Part shown: piece by piece, positions 50,761 through 61,369 of the stretch
Layout: each line of letters begins with the position of its first letter
How positions within the stretch are numbered: the stretch's first letter is position 1
NCBI GenBank assembly: GCA_904063045.1
Contig: CAJFCJ010000007.1
Span: forward strand, 2,115,404 to 2,179,403
Origin: Dimorphilus gyrociliatus
Lineage: Eukaryota; Animalia; Annelida
Reading direction: 5' to 3'
Length of the DNA: 64,000 nucleotides
Made by a program: the position numbers and the translations under genes
The notes under the pieces: model-generated
What the model was told of the DNA's origin: nothing
Databases searched by the model: none
Seen by the model: the letters and a program-made list of their open reading frames with translations, nothing else

Positions 50761-52387
50761 TTTTTCTGTGTCGGTCAATTTATATTTTATGGACACTTCA
50801 AAGATATTTAGAACAAACTTTTCTCTTTCGTCCCGAGATCGAAACGTTTTCCTTACAAAAACTTCGAATCGCATAGTCCATAATTTCGAACGTTCTCCTT
50901 TAGATTTAATTACTTTTTACATTAATAGATTAAAGGAAAAGAAATCTATTTTTATCCAGTGTTCAACAGGTTTTAAAATGGCTACTACCTATTTCTGACA
51001 TACAAAAATGATGAGAATATCTTTTTTGCAGTAAATTGCGACTCGTCATGAAATCTGTGTATTTCACTCTAACCGTAAAGGTGGGAGGAAATCTTCGATT
51101 TCCATCATAAAGATTTACCACTTCACAAGAAGATTTAGCAAACTCAAAATTTAGACAAGCTATTATCCTTTGTAAGAGTCAGTGTATAATTCACCTAGAA
51201 TATAAAGAATCAAAGATAAGGGTGAAAATTAAAACATTTGAATAGGAATGTTAAAGACAATAAAAGTTATCTAAGAATAATTAGACGGGGATTAATATAT
51301 AATTATACGAATTTTTAATCCTAAAAATCCAATTGCCAAAAAGAAAAACCCGATAATTTCAATAAAAACCGTACAATAAGAAGTTCCATTTAACCTCATC
51401 CTCACTCACCAGATTTTGCTTCATCAGAATTTTATTTATTTGTGCAACTTAAAGATTATCTCAGTGGGACAGATTATGGATAGCTAAAAAGTGCAATTCA
51501 AACAATACTTTAAACAAAAAACCTGCGTGATTACTTCGTCAAAGTTATAGGCTTAAGACCATCGTAGTTTTGCAGACAGGTATTGCTAATAATAACGAAT
51601 TTAATGTTAAATAGTTATAATATAGTCAAATTAGGCTTTTTAGTTTACACTAGTTTATAGGTTAACTTTGTATTCTAGAATTATAATGCAGGCTTTTCTG
51701 GAAACTTTTGTAGTGTGATCCTAATGAATATTTATGATTTTTTTCTTTATAACTAAAGACATTTTCCCTTCACCTGGTTGGCTTACAACACAAGGTTAAT
51801 GTCTAGCTAATAAGAAGTAATTACTTCTCCTCCCAATAGAAATGTCATAATTTTGAGAATTAATTGGTGGTAAAAATAAATCAGTAAAAGACATTAAGCC
51901 TCATTGTTGTGATCAAGGAGAAGTTTTATTTAGTCGATGAAAAGGTTATTGTAAAAGGACTAACGTATAACGAGTATATTTAGAATGCTTATTGACTCTT
52001 CGCGTAAGCAAAATCTTAAGAATTATGTTAAATAAATGGTAATTAAAGAAATAGCTAAGCTCCTCCTGACCAACTGAAACAAGAGATAGTCGAGAGAAAG
52101 AAAATATTAGGTCTTTCATAAATTTTTTATTCTAAGGCAGTAGGTAAACTTTTAAAAGGTTAAAGTTCAAGGTTACAAACTGAAATATTTTCGGATTTCG
52201 ATAAGGTAAAGACTATCTGGAAGAGAAAGTAAACACATTTCTTTATTGTATATCGTTTGTTGAAATAATACAAACTTTTATAGGTCACCAAAAACGATGA
52301 GACGAAGGGAAAGAAGCTAATCGTTTTATATTTATAGCGTATGAAAATACTGCCTCTCAACCACATTCCTGTAGACATTTTAGTAAG

Positions 52388-52389
<2 letters not shown>

Positions 52390-52429
<40 letters not shown>

Positions 52430-52443
52430 CGAGAGAGAGAGAA
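52390..52443. repeat. (GA)n microsatellite
   Basis: Direct reading of the sequence. Confidence 0.9.
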
Positions 52444-53273
52444 GGAGTAATGGAGAAGAGAATTAATTACTTTACTAAAGAAAAACTAATTATTTCAAAA
52501 GCTGATTAATTCCTCCAAGGAAAACTCTTGATAAATATGGCAACAAACACCTTAGAATTAGTAAAAACATTGCTCATTATTTTGATACAAATAGTAAATG
52601 TTATATATAGTAAATAAGTAAAAATCATTATTTCTTTTAATTTCCTTTTTGTTGATATTCCATTTATTACGCAAACGTTTATAAAAAATTACAGTACATA
52701 TTTCTTAATATAAAGAAAATGACTTTTGTTAGATATATCCTTTTTCTTTTTCCTTTTCAAATATAAATTACATTTAAAATGTCAAAAAGAGACGCTATAA
52801 CGGTATTTCTTTCAAATGAAAGGTAAATATATTAGCTTGTGACATATAAATTAATCCTCTATATAAACTTTTTCTTTTTAAATATACGTAATACATAAAA
52901 TATGTATATGTTACGGATATTAGACTTTTATTTAAGATATTATACGAAAAGATAATCAAATACGAAAATAATTAAGAAGTTATTTTCTATTGTGATTTAT
53001 TTATTAAAGAAAAGCAATTAGTGATAGAAATTTTCAAACGAGCAAAAAAGATACATTGTAATAATATACGGATATGTTGATATATTTTAAAAAATAACTA
53101 CTAGATGGCCCTTCAACCTTTTTTTTTGCTATTAATAAATAGGCACTAAATTATTACGCATGTAGTAATAAAATAGTAACTGGAAATTTCTGTTTAACGC
53201 CTACCTAGCTTATAAATTATTATCTTTATAGATTTTCCTTTGTAACTAAAAAGGAAAATGTTAAACTTATTTC

Positions 53274-55235
53274 TTAATCATCATACGTTTGAGATTGTTG
53301 TAAAAGAAGCATGGTTAATTCATTTTTGTTTATCTTTCCATCTTTATCAAAGTCCCACTGATCCAGAATCGTCTTTTTCATATATTGGATATCGTCACTA
53401 TCATATTCACTTTGAACAAGTTCCATTAAGTCCTTTAAGAAACCATTTAGTTCCTCATTTTCTATACATCCATTACTGTCCTAAAAGAACGACAAAAATT
53501 AATGATCGTTAGATTTGACCTGACAATGTCAAATATAAAGAGAAGATGTACTTAAAGCCTGCTTTACAAGTATAGCGTAAACTTAAATATTGAATATAAA
53601 GAAGAGAGATGCTAAATATCTTTTATCTTATTAATATATTTATTCAAAAAGCTTCTTAAAACCTATTAAAGAATTTAATAACAACTTTTAAACTAGATGG
53701 TTAGAGACTAAAGGTTTGTTAATAATTCTACTATTGCTTTTTTTTAGTAATGAATTAATAATAGAATTTACCTGACCATTTTAATTTTAGATATATTAAT
53801 AATTTAATAACTTACAGTATCGTACAAGTTGAATACGCTGTCAATGTCGCTTGCGTTCAATTTTTTGGAGACCTTTTTAAACAAAAGGTAAACATTTATA
53901 AATATGAAAACAATATGCGTCAGCCTATTTTCTACTACTAATTACTAATTAGTCATTTAAATAAAAAGTTAATTAAATATATGATAATTATAATAACTAA
54001 CATTACTCATTTTGAATATAGGTCTGCACAAGAAATTTTCTTTTACGGGTAATAACCTGGTTTATTTTAAGAAATTTACTAGGTATTATTAGTAGCTAAT
54101 TGAGGCCTAGTATACGTACTTAGCCATTTCGCTCAACTGTAATTTCCCGTCTTTGTTCTGGTCAAAGAGCTGCAACTGAAATCAATGAAACGTTAGGTGA
54201 ACTAAAAATAAAAGGAAAGGAACTAAACGAAAAAATAAAAAAAAAAAAAAGGTAAAAAGGAAGGGTAAAAATGAGTTCGAACCATTGTTGTTGTGTACTC
54301 TAATAACTGTTCTTCGGTCACTTGATCCTCTCTGTTAGCCTCTTTTAAAAGATCTTCAAGAAAATCCTGTTAAAAAGAGCTTCATACAATATTATTCTAA
54401 CACTTTTTACATTTGATGTATTACTTGTAATCATATTATACTTTTCTTTATAGTTTACTCTACGATAATGAAAAAGGGGGATAAAGTTTTATACACACTT
54501 TTAATTCATCAGCTTCGATATATCCGCTACAATCCTTATCAAATTCTCTCCATACTCTCATAAATTCAACGCTAGATGTTAATGGATTTTTGAAACGGAA
54601 TAGTAAAAGAAAGTTTTCTTCAGTTGGTAAAATTTGCGCCATTTCAGAAATATCTATACGATCATCGTCATTCTCATCAAAAGCGTCCAAGAAACGCCCT
54701 TTCATATATTGAAAAGAAGTTTCCTGCATAATATTTCTTAAAGTTAATTAATTTAATGCTATATATAATACAACACACAATAATTATATAATCTATCATA
54801 CATATATATTAGGTTTATATAAATATAGTAACAAACATAAAAACAAACAATGATTAGACAAGTGAAAAATCGAATATAAAATTAAAAAAGAAAACAAAAA
54901 ACTAGTTTTTATTTTAATTTCAATATAAAAACGTTCGATTTCGTGTTTTTTCATTCCCTAGTTGTTTTTATTCTATAAAATACAATAAGCTAAATGTTAC
55001 AATCGTCGAATTCGCTTCCACTAAATTATTTTTTAGAAAGACCTTAATCGATTTCAAGTAGGAGTGAATTATCGATTCGATCGAAACGCCTATTCAACGT
55101 GAAAAATAAAAGGAAACATACATCGAAAGGTTGGGTGTTGACCATAAATTCCTTTAAGAAGGCGTCTAATTCGTTACCTTCTATGAAACCGTTACCTGTT
55201 TAAAATGAAAAGTAAAAGAAGGAAAGAGACAAGAA

Positions 55236-55267
<32 letters not shown>

Positions 55268-55680
55268 CAACAGTAATAAATATTTTTTCTTTATAGACTT
55301 TTCTTGAATGTAAGTTAAATATTGTTTACATGCATTAATAAGTAGGAATAAGATACTTTTATATACGTTTTTTTAATAATCCCATAAGGAATATAATACT
55401 AATAAATAGCGTGTAAAAGGATTAAAAGTTTATTCTTTTCTTCGTTTTTCTCCTAAAAAGAATAACTTAGTTAGGCTACAAAATCGTGGGAGAATGATTG
55501 ATTTTTATGCTTTTCGTCAGTCACTTTCTACTTAATTAAAAAGGTATATAGGAAAAAGAAATTACCATCTACGTCATAATGACTCCAAACGTCAATGAAT
55601 TGACTAGCTGTAACTTTTCGTAACTGCATTGTTGTTTCATCACGAAATTGTTTTAAAAAATTCTCTCCCTTTTCCGCCAT
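53274..55680 (-). CDS. Cbp53E: hexa-EF-hand calcium buffer, calbindin-32/Cbp53E/secretagogin family, 290 aa
   Basis: Exons 55680-55566, 55195-55122, 54723-54499, 54366-54283, 54175-54120, 54056-54002, 53872-53816 and 53480-53274 (873 nt). Motifs [48 protein letters not shown] and LLPVKENFLCR. Confidence 0.9.
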
Positions 55681-55720
55681 CCGACTCGCCAGCCAGCAAA
55701 AAGCGAAAGATGTTATAAAT

Positions 55721-55730
55721 GCGCCACCTA
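55721..55730 (-). promoter_or_regulatory. CTCF-like motif (TAGGTGGCGC on - strand) between the calbindin and tubulin start codons
   Basis: Direct motif match; function inferred. Confidence 0.35.
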
Positions 55731-55823
55731 TACAACGATTTTATCATTAAACTCTTTTTCTTTTTTTTTAGTTTCGATGACATAATCAATCGTTTTAAAA
55801 TCGATAAAAACATCTCAACAACA

Positions 55824-57179
55824 ATGTCATCGAGAGAGATTTTATCCATCCATATCGGACAGGCTGGTTGCCAAATGGGAAGGGAATTGTGGGAATTATA
55901 TTGTTTGGAACACGGAATTACAAAAGACGGGTATTTAATAAAAGAAAGTGAACTGGAAGATATAGCTTTCGAGTGTTTTTTTCAAGAAACCTCTTGTAGG
56001 CAGCACGTTCCTCGTTCATTATTTGTTGATCTTGAACCTTCAGTGATTGATGAAATACGTCGAAGTGAATTTCAGAAACTTTATCATCCAAGTACTTTAC
56101 TTGCTGACAAGGAAGACGCCGCAAGTAATTTTGCCAAAGGTTACCATGGATACTCCTTAAATTCATCTTTTTTTGAAAACGTTTCTGACAGCATTCGCAA
56201 ACAAGTGGAAATTTGTGATCACCTCCAGGGCTTTTTTGTCTTTCATTCGTTCGGTGGAGGAACAGGTTCGGGCTATACGGCTAAACTTCTTGAAACGATT
56301 ACGCAGGAATTTACTAATAGAATACCAAAATTCACGTTTAGCGTTTATCCGTCGCCAAGACTATCATCAGTAATTGTTGAACCTTATAACGCACTGCTAA
56401 CGACCCATACCTCATTCGATTATACAGACTGTTCAATACTGTTCGATAATGAAGCGATCTATGACATATGTCATAATCTTCTGGAAGTTGAAAGGCCGTC
56501 ATATTTGAATCTAAATCGTTTAATATCTCAAGTTTGCTCCTCAATAACTGCTTCTATACGTTTCGAAGGAGTCCTTAACGTAGATCTACACGATTTTCAA
56601 ACAAACATTGTGCCGTTTCCCCGCCTTCATTTTCCTTTAGCCTCTTACGCTCCCTGTTTGCCTGACGCCAATGTAAAGCATGAATCTCTTACGGTTCCAG
56701 CTATTACAACCTCTGTTTTTGATCCAGCAACACAGATGGTTAAATGTGATCCATGCGAAAACAAATTTATGGCCTGTTGTATGCTGTATAGAGGAGATAT
56801 TACTCCTACCGATGTAACAAATGCTATTCAAAAAATAAAGAATAGTAGAAAAATCAGGTTTGTTGATTGGTGTCCTACCGGATTTAAGATTGGTTTGAAC
56901 CATCAAGCACCGTCGTCTGCTCCTGATTCTGACATTGGAGGCGTTCCAAGAGCGGTGTGCATGCTGTCAAATAATACAGGTATTAAGGACGCCTGGACAC
57001 GTTTGACAGGAAAATTCGATATCATGTTTCATAAGCGTGCGTTTGTCCATTGGTATATTGGAGAAGGAATGGAAGAAGCAGAATTTTCGGCCGCCAGAGA
57101 GAATTTAGCAGCTTTGGAAAAGGACTATGAAGAAGCAGCTTGCGATACTGTTGATCCAGTTGTCGAAAAACATATTTAG
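55824..57179 (+). CDS. TUBA: divergent intronless alpha-tubulin, 451 aa
   Basis: [86 protein letters not shown]. Alpha-type hallmarks ([18 protein letters not shown]). Confidence 0.93.
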   Translation: MSSREILSIHIGQAGCQMGRELWELYCLEHGITKDGYLIKESELEDIAFECFFQETSCRQHVPRSLFVDLEPSVIDEIRRSEFQKLYHPSTLLADKEDAASNFAKGYHGYSLNSSFFENVSDSIRKQVEICDHLQGFFVFHSFGGGTGSGYTAKLLETITQEFTNRIPKFTFSVYPSPRLSSVIVEPYNALLTTHTSFDYTDCSILFDNEAIYDICHNLLEVERPSYLNLNRLISQVCSSITASIRFEGVLNVDLHDFQTNIVPFPRLHFPLASYAPCLPDANVKHESLTVPAITTSVFDPATQMVKCDPCENKFMACCMLYRGDITPTDVTNAIQKIKNSRKIRFVDWCPTGFKIGLNHQAPSSAPDSDIGGVPRAVCMLSNNTGIKDAWTRLTGKFDIMFHKRAFVHWYIGEGMEEAEFSAARENLAALEKDYEEAACDTVDPVVEKHI

Positions 57180-57226
57180 TACACCATAACAAGCCAATTT
57201 CCAATCTTTTGAGTCAGCAAATTCTA

Positions 57227-57946
57227 CTAAGAGCTCATAGTAGGGTGCAGATTATTTTTCGTATTCGAAATAAGTAGAGCGTCTAATTTATTCGTGCAGT
57301 TTCGTACCGTTTCTTTCATGTTCTCAAAGCCTAATCTTACACTATTTGAATAGCGAACACTACGATTCCATACTTGCACATGTCCGATTTGTCGCCTATC
57401 TATAGGCGCGAGCACTCTTTTCGATTCAGGCACTCCTCTTTTAGTGGGACTTGATAATCTATTAACTGCCTCTTTGCAGGTGGTTGGCCTCGCTAGTTGA
57501 CGATTTGACGACGTATCTGCTGACGACTTACGATCCTTTGGTAATTTCAAATTTAACTTTGCTGAACTTGGTGGAGGTACCGGAGCTATAATGGGAGCTG
57601 AAAGTGTTTCCCTTGCTCTAGAAGCCGCTGTTGAACGTGTAAGTCTGTCAACTATTTCGTAGAGCCTATCAGGATCTAAAGTTTTTCCTCTTTTTCTTCT
57701 AGAAACTTTTTTTCCCGACTGAGGTTTTTCTTTTTTTTTCTTTTTCTTTCTTTTCACCGTCGGCTTCGGTTTTCTATCAATGCTGCTGTCTGTTTCCTCA
57801 TCCGTCAATAGCATAGGATCATAGACAGCAGCTAAGTCTTTTTCACTCAATTCAACATCATCTCCACCTTCTTTTTTAATTCGAAAATCTATAAAGTGTG
57901 TATCGTCGTCCCGTTCAAAAATTACAATTTCAGGATCGTCCGTCAT
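57227..57946 (-). CDS. uncharacterised intronless protein (acidic N-terminus, poly-Lys patch, basic Ser/Pro-rich tail), 239 aa
   Basis: Uninterrupted 720-nt ATG-to-stop ORF with coding-like GC content in a gene-sized gap. No family recognised. Confidence 0.75.
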   Translation of the reverse strand: MTDDPEIVIFERDDDTHFIDFRIKKEGGDDVELSEKDLAAVYDPMLLTDEETDSSIDRKPKPTVKRKKKKKKEKPQSGKKVSRRKRGKTLDPDRLYEIVDRLTRSTAASRARETLSAPIIAPVPPPSSAKLNLKLPKDRKSSADTSSNRQLARPTTCKEAVNRLSSPTKRGVPESKRVLAPIDRRQIGHVQVWNRSVRYSNSVRLGFENMKETVRNCTNKLDALLISNTKNNLHPTMSS

Positions 57947-58205
57947 TTTTTGTGAAATAGAGCTAAAGCTGTTTAGACCATTTAATCCTACTATTCAAAT
58001 TCTCAATATTACAAGCTGATAAATTTATAGCTAGTTTTGAGACACAGATCGCCTTTGTTTCAAGTGTTCGTATGCCTTAGCAACTGCCCTACCCGTAAGT
58101 CTTTTATGTCAAGTTATAAGAGTTTTATTTATTCACGAGTTCAATAATTCATCTAAACAATAAGGTACATAAATAGAAGGTTCGATAACTATGTTATTTT
58201 AACCA

Positions 58206-58869
58206 TTAAATAACAGCGTCGGCGATAGGATTTGCGTGTATCCTGACGTTCTTAATTCGAACTTCTTTATGTGGTCTGTAGGTTTTTTCGTTTACTTCAA
58301 GTTTTTCCAAGTCATCAAGAACATCAAAACCATCGATAACTTTACCAAAAACTGTATACTTCAAATCGAGGTGTGGTTGTTTAGCGTAAGTTATGAAAAA
58401 TTGTGATTTGTTCGAATTAGGCCCTTTGTTGGCCATTGAGATCATACCGCGACAACTATGCTTGACGGATTCATCGAACTCGTCATCAAAAGGTTTTCCC
58501 CAAATACTTTCTCCGCCTTTACCAGATCCTGTTGGATCTCCAGTCTGAACCATAAAACCTAAGACAAATTTTAATAGGTTAAATACGTATTACGAACGTT
58601 AGCGGTTTTGTATTTTTGAATGCTTTACCTTTTATATTTCTGTGAAAAAGACAGCCATTGTAATATCCACTTGCACAAAGTGCCAAGAAATTTTCGCAAG
58701 TTTTTGGAAATAGTTCGCAGTATAATTCTAATTTTAGGTCCCCGTATTCAGTATTTAATGTAACTGACTGAAACGAGCGATAATAAATGTTAAATTGAAG
58801 AATTAATGAAACCGGCAAAAAAAAACGTAAATAATCCACACACGGTTATTTCTAAAAAATACCAACCAT
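58206..58869 (-). CDS. PPIL3: peptidyl-prolyl isomerase-like 3 (cyclophilin), 164 aa
   Basis: Exons 58869-58867 (ATG|gt), 58767-58629 and 58558-58206. MSVTL..[61 protein letters not shown], IHANP. Confidence 0.95.
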
Positions 58870-59098
58870 TCTCTTATATATTTAAATAGGTTTAGATGCG
58901 ATAAAGGCTCAAAATAAAACGCCGGTTATTTTTCAAACGCAAGGATTTAACGAAACTTTATTCACCAGTTTTCTTGCGGTACATAAGAGAAAAATAAAAA
59001 CGTAAACGCTAACGCCATCTACAATCGAAAGTATCTGACTGTAATGTAAAATGTCTTTTTACAACAATTAAAAGTTAATTTAAAAACAGAACTGGTAA

Positions 59099-61108
59099 TT
59101 AACAATCAAAAATTCGGTGATAGCCTATATGTTTGCTATGATTTTGAACTTCAAACATCTTTTGAGTGTCAATACTTGCTAGTTTAAGCTTTTCCAACTG
59201 CCTTTCGCACTTTCGTAAGCCAGGGGGTTCTTTCACTTCGTACTCTATTTCAAGGATATTCTCTCCGTTTTCTCTTAATAATTGGACGCAAGTTTTAAGA
59301 TTCTCTTTACATTCTTCTAATAGACCTGTTTGTCCACAATTAACCAGACTTTTCATCTGTTCAATACACTGTCTTTTGCAATTAGCAACTTCATATGAGA
59401 AATTCGATTTTTCATTTCTAAATAATTCATTAAGTTTATCAAGTTTTCTATTGTCTGACGATACAGTTGAAAGATATTTTAATGGATATAAGTCCAGATT
59501 TAATTCCCCTATATCAATGTTATATATTCTTTTCAAATAGTGTATAACTTTCCTATGAGACTGTTGATGGGATTTTAAAGTGAATTTTACAGTTTTATTT
59601 AGTAAATTTCCAGAAGATTCTTTAATTAAGAATAAACAATCTCTCTCCATGATATATTCTTCTAATTCATCGTTGAAAAAGTCTGTAATTACAACTGTAA
59701 TTATTTTGTCCAATATTTTTACTTTTATAACGAATAAGCAATAAGTAAACTGCATAATTTCATCAATTTCTTCAAGTTGTCTTATTTGATCGTTAAATTT
59801 TCTTTCATTTTCTTCGATGAACTCTCCAAGAAAAACTTTACGCATAAAATCAGACTCTCTCAAATTATCCGATTCGTCAAATCGGGCAAGTCTTCTATCC
59901 AAGAGGATTTGATTAATACTCTTCTCTGTATCATCTTTTAAAATGCAAGATAAACAATAGTCATTTTCCAGTTTCTTTACCTGTAATTTCAACTTTTTAG
60001 AATCAATATTTTTGAGGAAAAACGCAACGGCTCCCTGACTCCAGATTTGATGTAACGGTTGAATATGTGCCAAACGGGCTGGTACAGCCTGAGCAGGAAG
60101 TTTTAAGAATTTATCAGATAGGTGCCGAACATCACTTAAATTTATTTCTCTTATTTGACCAAAGTCGACTAGGTAAATGCGAAGAGTAGACTGAAATCGT
60201 AAGATTACACCTCTTCTCCATAGTTTTTTTAGAAACAAAACAGCGCAAGGTTTGCCCATATAAACATCGGCTGTCGTTAATCGATATCGTGTATTTATTA
60301 TTTCATCGTCGTAGAATGATTCCATCTCTTCTTGGAGAATTTCAAATTCATCTAAATTATTCTTACCAAAGATATGAATGTAAAAATCAGTTGGGCATCT
60401 CGTATGAACTACTTTAGCGAACAATGATTCAGGTAAACTCTTTACATCGATGAGATTGAAAGCTGTTTTGATAGTTTTAAGAGGATTTTCAATATTTTTA
60501 TAGTGGCAAACAGGATGATTATCTTGGTAACTTTTGTGAGGAACATAAGTAACATCTTGATTTGTTCTTAAATTTGGAACTGATTTTTGTTTATAAAACT
60601 TTGCTGTCGTCCCTCTATTCATATTTTCTTTATTATCTCTAGATGAATAGTTAAATCGTGTAATTACTCTTGTATCGAAACGCTGTGTTCTGCTCAAGTG
60701 ATATTCAGAATTATTCCTATATAATTTTCGATGTGAATAGTCATCGTTGTTGTTATAAAATACCTTCTTTTCAAAACGGACACCTTTTTCCGCTCTTTTA
60801 GAAAAATTTGAAGCTTTTTTCTTTTGTCCAGCAACTAGTTTTGCTATATGCCTATCTTTTTCACTGGCTACCGCATAAACGAAAGTGGCTCCTTTAATTT
60901 CTCTTAACCGTCCTATGTTTGGATTCTTTTGAAAAAACTCTGTTGCATTTTCGTATCCCATCTGTTTAAATGGAATAGGTCGGCACATAAAATCCTTAAA
61001 TGCTTTGTCTAGTTCCAATAGTGTCTGGCCATTTGGAGCAGATACTAAAAGTGCTCTTATCTGCTTTTCAATTTCTTCAACCTCACACTTCTGGAGTTTC
61101 TTGTTCAT
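59099..61108 (-). CDS. TDRD5: LOTUS (OST-HTH) + Tudor domain germline protein, TDRD5/Tejas-like, 669 aa, intronless
   Basis: N-terminal LOTUS (IRALLVS..L.ELDKAFKDFM.RPIPFKQMGY) with the extended-LOTUS helix DRHIAKLVAGQK. One extended Tudor/SN-like unit (VHTRCPTDFYIH..KKLWRRGVIL..IYLVDFG..FLKLPAQAV.ARLAHI). Orthology to TDRD5 versus TDRD7 is inferred from architecture. Confidence 0.78.
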   Translation of the reverse strand: MNKKLQKCEVEEIEKQIRALLVSAPNGQTLLELDKAFKDFMCRPIPFKQMGYENATEFFQKNPNIGRLREIKGATFVYAVASEKDRHIAKLVAGQKKKASNFSKRAEKGVRFEKKVFYNNNDDYSHRKLYRNNSEYHLSRTQRFDTRVITRFNYSSRDNKENMNRGTTAKFYKQKSVPNLRTNQDVTYVPHKSYQDNHPVCHYKNIENPLKTIKTAFNLIDVKSLPESLFAKVVHTRCPTDFYIHIFGKNNLDEFEILQEEMESFYDDEIINTRYRLTTADVYMGKPCAVLFLKKLWRRGVILRFQSTLRIYLVDFGQIREINLSDVRHLSDKFLKLPAQAVPARLAHIQPLHQIWSQGAVAFFLKNIDSKKLKLQVKKLENDYCLSCILKDDTEKSINQILLDRRLARFDESDNLRESDFMRKVFLGEFIEENERKFNDQIRQLEEIDEIMQFTYCLFVIKVKILDKIITVVITDFFNDELEEYIMERDCLFLIKESSGNLLNKTVKFTLKSHQQSHRKVIHYLKRIYNIDIGELNLDLYPLKYLSTVSSDNRKLDKLNELFRNEKSNFSYEVANCKRQCIEQMKSLVNCGQTGLLEECKENLKTCVQLLRENGENILEIEYEVKEPPGLRKCERQLEKLKLASIDTQKMFEVQNHSKHIGYHRIFDC

Positions 61109-61369
61109 CTTGACTAAAATAAAGGTGGATTTATCTGAACTTTATTTCATTCGTTGTTGTGACAAAGCTTCAAAGATCTCCCCCGCGCCGAATAATACAA
61201 AAAACGTTACTCTACCGGAAGTCAAAAAACTTTTAATATGCTTTCGTAAAATTATTAAAACGAGGTTTAACAAAGTAAATTAGAGCTTAAATACACTGAA
61301 ACTATAATCCATTTTAAAAAATTTTCTGAAGGTGAAGGTCTAAAGGTGAAGGCCGAGCACGTTGAAAAA

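Noticed and set aside
54999-55022. Possible 20-nt microexon in calbindin intron 2
   Set aside because: Needs a second alternative acceptor and inserts WKRIRR; direct phase-0 splicing already works.
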